Positions 58,484 through 62,970 of a stretch of DNA of 62,970 nucleotides are shown piece after piece; position 1 is the first letter of the stretch, and every line of letters starts with the position of its first letter. Source of the stretch: Gemmatimonadota bacterium (GTDB taxonomy: Bacteria > Gemmatimonadota > Gemmatimonadetes > Gemmatimonadales > Gemmatimonadaceae); NCBI GenBank assembly GCA_023249395.1, contig JAHFCS010000001.1, positions 1 through 62,970 of the forward strand, written 5' to 3'. Position numbers and translations under genes: made by a program. The notes beneath the pieces are model-generated. The model was not told where the DNA came from, did no database searches, and saw nothing but the letters and a program-made list of their open reading frames with translations.

Positions 58484-60487
58484 CTATCGTCGCGTTACCG
58501 GCCTTGGCTGATCGCTTTGCGGGGCGTTTCCCCAACTGTCGTTCGAATGATTCCAGTCGGGCACTGAAGGATCCGGCCAGAGTCGCGCGCCGACTACCTG
58601 CGCCGGAACGGCGAACACTGCATCGAAGCGATCACCGTTCGCCCAGATGTTGGCCGGCAGGTTGAAGTCACTGGTCGTGCCGTTTACATACTTCAGACGA
58701 AGACGCACAGGAAAGACGATCGACGTCGCACGATGAAGCGATACGACGGCCAGATTCTGCCCAACCTGCTGTCGCTGAGTTACGCTGTCGATTCCGACGT
58801 CCAGCAGATCAGTCGTGTACCAGAATCCGCGCCAGTACCATGAAAGGTCATGGCCGGTTGAATTTTCGATCGTTCTAAAGAAATCCCCCGGAGTAGGATG
58901 CTTGAATGCCCATCGCCGGATGTACTCGCGGAACGCTGCATCGAACAGCTCCGGACCCACAATCTCATTGCGCAGCGTCAGCAGCAGCACCGCCGGTTTA
59001 CGATAGGCAATCGCGCCTAGCGCGGAGGCTGGAATGTTGTCCGCCGCGGTCATCACTGGAACGTCGATCTCGGCATCCACCGCGCTTCTCCAGTTATCCA
59101 CCATGCTCTCGATGATCACCGTGTCACGCCAGCGTAGCTCCTTCGCGAAAGCATTGATGTAGGTGTTGAATCCTTCATCCATCCACGGATAGCGGCGCTC
59201 GTTCGACCCGACTATCATCGGGAACCATTCATGCCCGTGCTCGTGGTTGATCGTGCTGAAGACCGACACGGAGTCTTCTCCCGCGTGTACCATCACGAAC
59301 ATCGGATATTCCATCCCGCCCACTGGACCGGCAACGCTCGTTGCCTGCGGATACGGGAAGGGGAAAAACGTCTCGGAGTAATGACGAATCGTCCACTGTG
59401 TCTGTTCGGCGCCCGCTTCCCACGCCTTCCCGGCCTTTGGCCATTCGTAGTATGACTGTGCCAGGATCCCATTCCAGCTGGTTGCGTCCCATCTGAAGTC
59501 GGGCGCCGCAGCCCAGGCCACGTCCCTTACATTTTCCGCCCGAAAATGCCACGTCTTCGTTCCTGGCGTCACGCGGGCATGGGACTCGGCCACCGTAATT
59601 ATCGGGATTACCTCCCGCGTCTTTGCCGCACGCACCAGGCGCTCCCGTTGCTCGTCGGTGAGTACATCTCGCGGATTCTGCAGCATCCCGCTCGCGGCCA
59701 CCGTGTAGCCAGCCGGCACTGTTACCGAGAAATCAATATCACCGTATTCGAGGTAGAACTCTCCCTGACCCAGGTACAGGTCTGTATTCCACCCCCTCAC
59801 GTCGTCATAGACCGCCATTCGCGGATACCATTGCGCAATCTCGTAAAGCGGACCGTCACGACCCATGCGGTCCGATCCGTGCTCCGGCACCCGAAATCGA
59901 AAGTCCATTGTGATTGTCGTGTTTCCACCTCGAGGCTTGAGAGGCGTTGGCAGCATGAGCTGCATCATCGTGTCGTAAACGCGCGGTGTCGCAGCCTGAC
60001 CTTCTACGCGGATGTTGCTCAGATCATACCCCCCCGAAAAACCACGCACCCCCCACCTTGAATCCGCTGGGAAGAGCATCGACCCTGCACTTCCAGGACG
60101 ATAAAGATTCTGATCGAGCTGCAGCCACACGAACCGCAGTGTATCCGGAGAATTGTTGGTGTACTGGAGCTGCACCGTGCCCTGTAACGACTGCAATACA
60201 GTGTCGAGCCTTGCGGTAATGTGGTAATCCGCCCGCTGCTGCCAGTACTCCGGACCCGGAGCTCCGTTAGCCGAACGGTACTGATTCGGCCCGGGCCATT
60301 CTATGCGGGCTGGCGGGTAGAACTGGTCCATCGTCTGATCCCTCTGAATCTTCGGAAAGCTCAACGTCAGAGGTGCCAGTGTATCGACACGGACAGCCGT
60401 CGCTGGTGACTGCGGAGCTGTGATGACCGAAGTCTGTTTCGACGCACATGCGAGTGAGCCGAGAACCAGAAGTAAGCTGAATTTCAC
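58484..60487 (-). CDS. M1 family metallopeptidase, lipoprotein
   Basis: GGMEYP, HEHGHEW-x-E (WMDEG), lipobox SLAC. Confidence 0.92.
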   Translation of the reverse strand: MKFSLLLVLGSLACASKQTSVITAPQSPATAVRVDTLAPLTLSFPKIQRDQTMDQFYPPARIEWPGPNQYRSANGAPGPEYWQQRADYHITARLDTVLQSLQGTVQLQYTNNSPDTLRFVWLQLDQNLYRPGSAGSMLFPADSRWGVRGFSGGYDLSNIRVEGQAATPRVYDTMMQLMLPTPLKPRGGNTTITMDFRFRVPEHGSDRMGRDGPLYEIAQWYPRMAVYDDVRGWNTDLYLGQGEFYLEYGDIDFSVTVPAGYTVAASGMLQNPRDVLTDEQRERLVRAAKTREVIPIITVAESHARVTPGTKTWHFRAENVRDVAWAAAPDFRWDATSWNGILAQSYYEWPKAGKAWEAGAEQTQWTIRHYSETFFPFPYPQATSVAGPVGGMEYPMFVMVHAGEDSVSVFSTINHEHGHEWFPMIVGSNERRYPWMDEGFNTYINAFAKELRWRDTVIIESMVDNWRSAVDAEIDVPVMTAADNIPASALGAIAYRKPAVLLLTLRNEIVGPELFDAAFREYIRRWAFKHPTPGDFFRTIENSTGHDLSWYWRGFWYTTDLLDVGIDSVTQRQQVGQNLAVVSLHRATSIVFPVRLRLKYVNGTTSDFNLPANIWANGDRFDAVFAVPAQVVGARLWPDPSVPDWNHSNDSWGNAPQSDQPRPVTRR

Positions 60488-60600
60488 GGTTTCCGTTTGA
60501 AAGATTTTCTCTGGGCTGGTGTCACTGGTCGAGTTGGATGACCTGCATGCTCGTAAGTGCTCTTGCGGTGAATCTCATTTGCGGGTAGCGTGTCGCCCAG

Positions 60601-61740
60601 ATGTCCAGCTCCCGAGCGAAAGTCCCCCGTTTGGACCGGGATTGTCCCGCCAGTGCAATCGCAGGTCACGCAACCGCCATTGGAACGAAGCATTTCGCGA
60701 AGCGGTTTGCTTCGCGTTACTCTCCCGATTTCTACCGGTCGATGACATCTGATGCTTCCGTTTCATCGATCGGCATGGGCACTTATCTCGGGGAGTGTGA
60801 TGACGCCGAGGATGCAAGATACGTGACGCTCCTGGCGGCGGGTGTTGAGCACGGCCTTAACCTCGTGGATACCGCCGTCAATTATCGTTGTCAACGCTCG
60901 GAGCGCGCCGCAGGCAGAGCGATCCGACAGGCCATCGACACTGGCTTTGCCCATCGCAACGAGATCGTCGTGTCCACCAAGGGAGGCTACGTCCCCCTCG
61001 AAGGATCGCCCCCAAAATCGCGTGAACTGTACGCCGCGTATCTGGCAGCGGAATACTACGATTGCGGGGTTATGACTCCTGCTGACGTCGTCGCTGGCGG
61101 ACACTCGATTGCGCCAGCATTTCTCGCCAATCAGATCCAGCGCAGTCTCGCGAATCTCGGACTCGATACAATTGACGTCTACTATCTCCACAATCCGGAA
61201 CAGCAGCGCCTGGCACTCGATGTCTCCGGCTTCAGGACAGCTTTGCGCAACGCCTTCACCGAGCTCGAGTCACAGGTTAGCCGCGGGACTATCCGCTGCT
61301 ACGGTTGCGCAACCTGGAACGGATTCCGCGTGGATCCGTCGAGTCCCAGCCATTTGAGCCTCGAGGAAATTTCCGGCATCGCACAAGAAGCCGGCGGACT
61401 ATCCCATCATTTTCGCGTCGTCCAGCTGCCACTCAACCTTGCCATGACCGAAGCGGTTCGCGCTCCGACCCAGATGCTGTCGGACAGACTCGTGCCATTG
61501 CTCGAGGCCGCCGTTGCGCTCGATGTCTCGGTCGTCGCAAGCGCATCGCTCATGCAATCACAGCTTACGCGTGGGCTGCCCGCTCAGCTCTCTGCAACAT
61601 TCCCGTCCCTGAAGACCGATGCCCAACGAGCAATCGCCTTCGTGCGCTCTTTGCCGGTTTCTTCAGCTCTCGTCGGGATGCGCACACTCCAACATCTGAC
61701 TGAGAATCTCGGAGCCGCCAGGGAAGTCATTGCAGCCTGA
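60601..61740 (+). CDS. Aldo/keto reductase
   Basis: SSIGMGTY, DTAVNYR, STKGG, YYLHNPE. Confidence 0.88.
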   Translation: MSSSRAKVPRLDRDCPASAIAGHATAIGTKHFAKRFASRYSPDFYRSMTSDASVSSIGMGTYLGECDDAEDARYVTLLAAGVEHGLNLVDTAVNYRCQRSERAAGRAIRQAIDTGFAHRNEIVVSTKGGYVPLEGSPPKSRELYAAYLAAEYYDCGVMTPADVVAGGHSIAPAFLANQIQRSLANLGLDTIDVYYLHNPEQQRLALDVSGFRTALRNAFTELESQVSRGTIRCYGCATWNGFRVDPSSPSHLSLEEISGIAQEAGGLSHHFRVVQLPLNLAMTEAVRAPTQMLSDRLVPLLEAAVALDVSVVASASLMQSQLTRGLPAQLSATFPSLKTDAQRAIAFVRSLPVSSALVGMRTLQHLTENLGAAREVIAA

Positions 61741-61842
61741 GGTCGCTCATTTCGCCAGTGCAGTAATTCACGGCGCGGATTGCAGGAGTTGCCTGAAAAT
61801 TCTCTTGGCATCTGAGCGTTAGCAGGTATTAGGCTTGAACCA

Positions 61843-62841
61843 ATGAATCATCGACTTCCAGACACTTCAATTCCAGCCCATCACGATCCGCAGGGGGGCT
61901 ACCGCAATCCCTGGCCGTATTCACAGCCACAGGGAATCAGCGGTTTGGTCAAATGGATGCTCTCTCGGCGGCGACCAGGCCCAGGTCGCCCTCCTGAATT
62001 CGCGTTCTCAGCCACGCCAACTACCTCAGTCAACACGGACGGACTCACGCTTACCTGGATAGGCCACAGCACTTTCCTGATTCAATCAGGAGACATGAGT
62101 GTCCTCACTGACCCGATCTGGAGTACTAGAGCGTCGCCGGTCCAGTTTGTTGGCCCTCGGCGTCATATCCCTCCAGCCCTCCCTTTCGAGAAGTTGCCAC
62201 CGGTCGATGCCGTGTTCATTTCCCATGATCACTATGATCACCTCGATGATGGAACCGTGCGACAGCTTATCGAGCGATTCCCGACGGCGAAATGGATCAT
62301 CCCGCTCGGGTTACGTCCATTCCTCGTAGATAGGGGCGCGGCGGATGTTGTCGAAATGGACTGGTGGGAAGGCCGAACCTTTGCCGGCATCTCGGCTTTC
62401 TGCACCCCTGCAATGCACTTCTCTGGACGCTATCCGTGGAACCGCAACGCCACACTCTGGTCCGGGTGGGTAATAGGCCTCGGGGATTATCGCGTATTTT
62501 TCGGCGGCGATACTGGATTTCATCCCGAGTTCGCGGAAATCACGAGACGCCTCGGCCCGTTTGACGCAGCAGTTCTCCCAATCGGTGCTTACGAGCCGCG
62601 ATGGTTCATGCAGCCAGTGCACATGAGCCCCGAAGATGCCGTAGCCGCTTATTCCAGCATTATCGATACTTCTGGCTCTAGTGAATGCGTTTTTGTCCCG
62701 TCTCACTGGGGGACGTTTCGGCTCACCGACGAGCCCCTCGATGAACCTCCGCGGCGACTCCAGGAAGCCTGGTCGGAGGCAACATTGCCCGAGACACGCA
62801 TGTGGCTGCTCCGCCCGGGGGAGACGAGGCGGCTGGGCTAG
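61843..62841 (+). CDS. MBL-fold metallo-hydrolase (NAPE-PLD/RomA-like)
   Basis: WIGHST, TDP, SHDHYDHLD, GDTG, PIGAYEP, HWGTF. Confidence 0.92.
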   Translation: MNHRLPDTSIPAHHDPQGGYRNPWPYSQPQGISGLVKWMLSRRRPGPGRPPEFAFSATPTTSVNTDGLTLTWIGHSTFLIQSGDMSVLTDPIWSTRASPVQFVGPRRHIPPALPFEKLPPVDAVFISHDHYDHLDDGTVRQLIERFPTAKWIIPLGLRPFLVDRGAADVVEMDWWEGRTFAGISAFCTPAMHFSGRYPWNRNATLWSGWVIGLGDYRVFFGGDTGFHPEFAEITRRLGPFDAAVLPIGAYEPRWFMQPVHMSPEDAVAAYSSIIDTSGSSECVFVPSHWGTFRLTDEPLDEPPRRLQEAWSEATLPETRMWLLRPGETRRLG

Positions 62842-62970
62842 CCGAAACGTGGCCGTAACGATGGTGTAATTCGGCTCACGGTCCGATCATACTAGGATTT
62901 GTGCGCGGAAGTTGCTATAGCTCTTGGCGTTATTGTCGATGCAACCATCTCTACCTTGGAGCTCACATCA

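Noticed and set aside
1-62970. CRISPR array, IS element, integrase, prophage or defence island
   Set aside because: I saw no regularly spaced repeats or matching protein motifs, and composition looks uniform
62842-62970. Possible gene start near 62940
   Set aside because: Too little sequence before the window edge to support a call

Overview
A GC-rich (about 60%), densely coding bacterial chromosomal segment. Gene style suggests Gemmatimonadota, which is an inference and was not checked. It holds about 55 mostly housekeeping or stress genes: RecQ, OsmC, a HlyD/ABC exporter, SufE, AlkA-type and Fpg/Nei glycosylases, MsrB, GlnA, an ECF sigma/anti-sigma pair, an MqnD-type protein, S41/M1/M28 peptidases, GH9, GH3, a stand-alone LigD primase-polymerase, an NrtR-type regulator and tRNA-Cys(GCA). 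I found no CRISPR array, transposase, integrase or prophage. The main observations are: (1) a 302-aa low-complexity protein combining an acidic D/E tract, an HMGA-like AT-hook (RRGRPKGS) and a histone-H1-like basic tail, plus a nearby 31-aa basic peptide with a strong RBS; (2) a solitary plasmid-type replication-initiator-like gene in a housekeeping context; (3) a 1048-bp-period tandem duplication of a di-haem cytochrome c gene that also copied the upstream region and first 7 codons of the neighbouring gene, with GGC at each junction; (4) four broken genes (GT9, GNAT, cardiolipin synthase, an unknown ORF), some apparently deleted between short direct repeats; (5) an NrtR-like regulator with two matching operator-like palindromes, one in front of an unknown gene converging on the primase-polymerase; (6) repeated leaderless-type starts. 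All calls come from reading motifs by eye, and no database searches were run.
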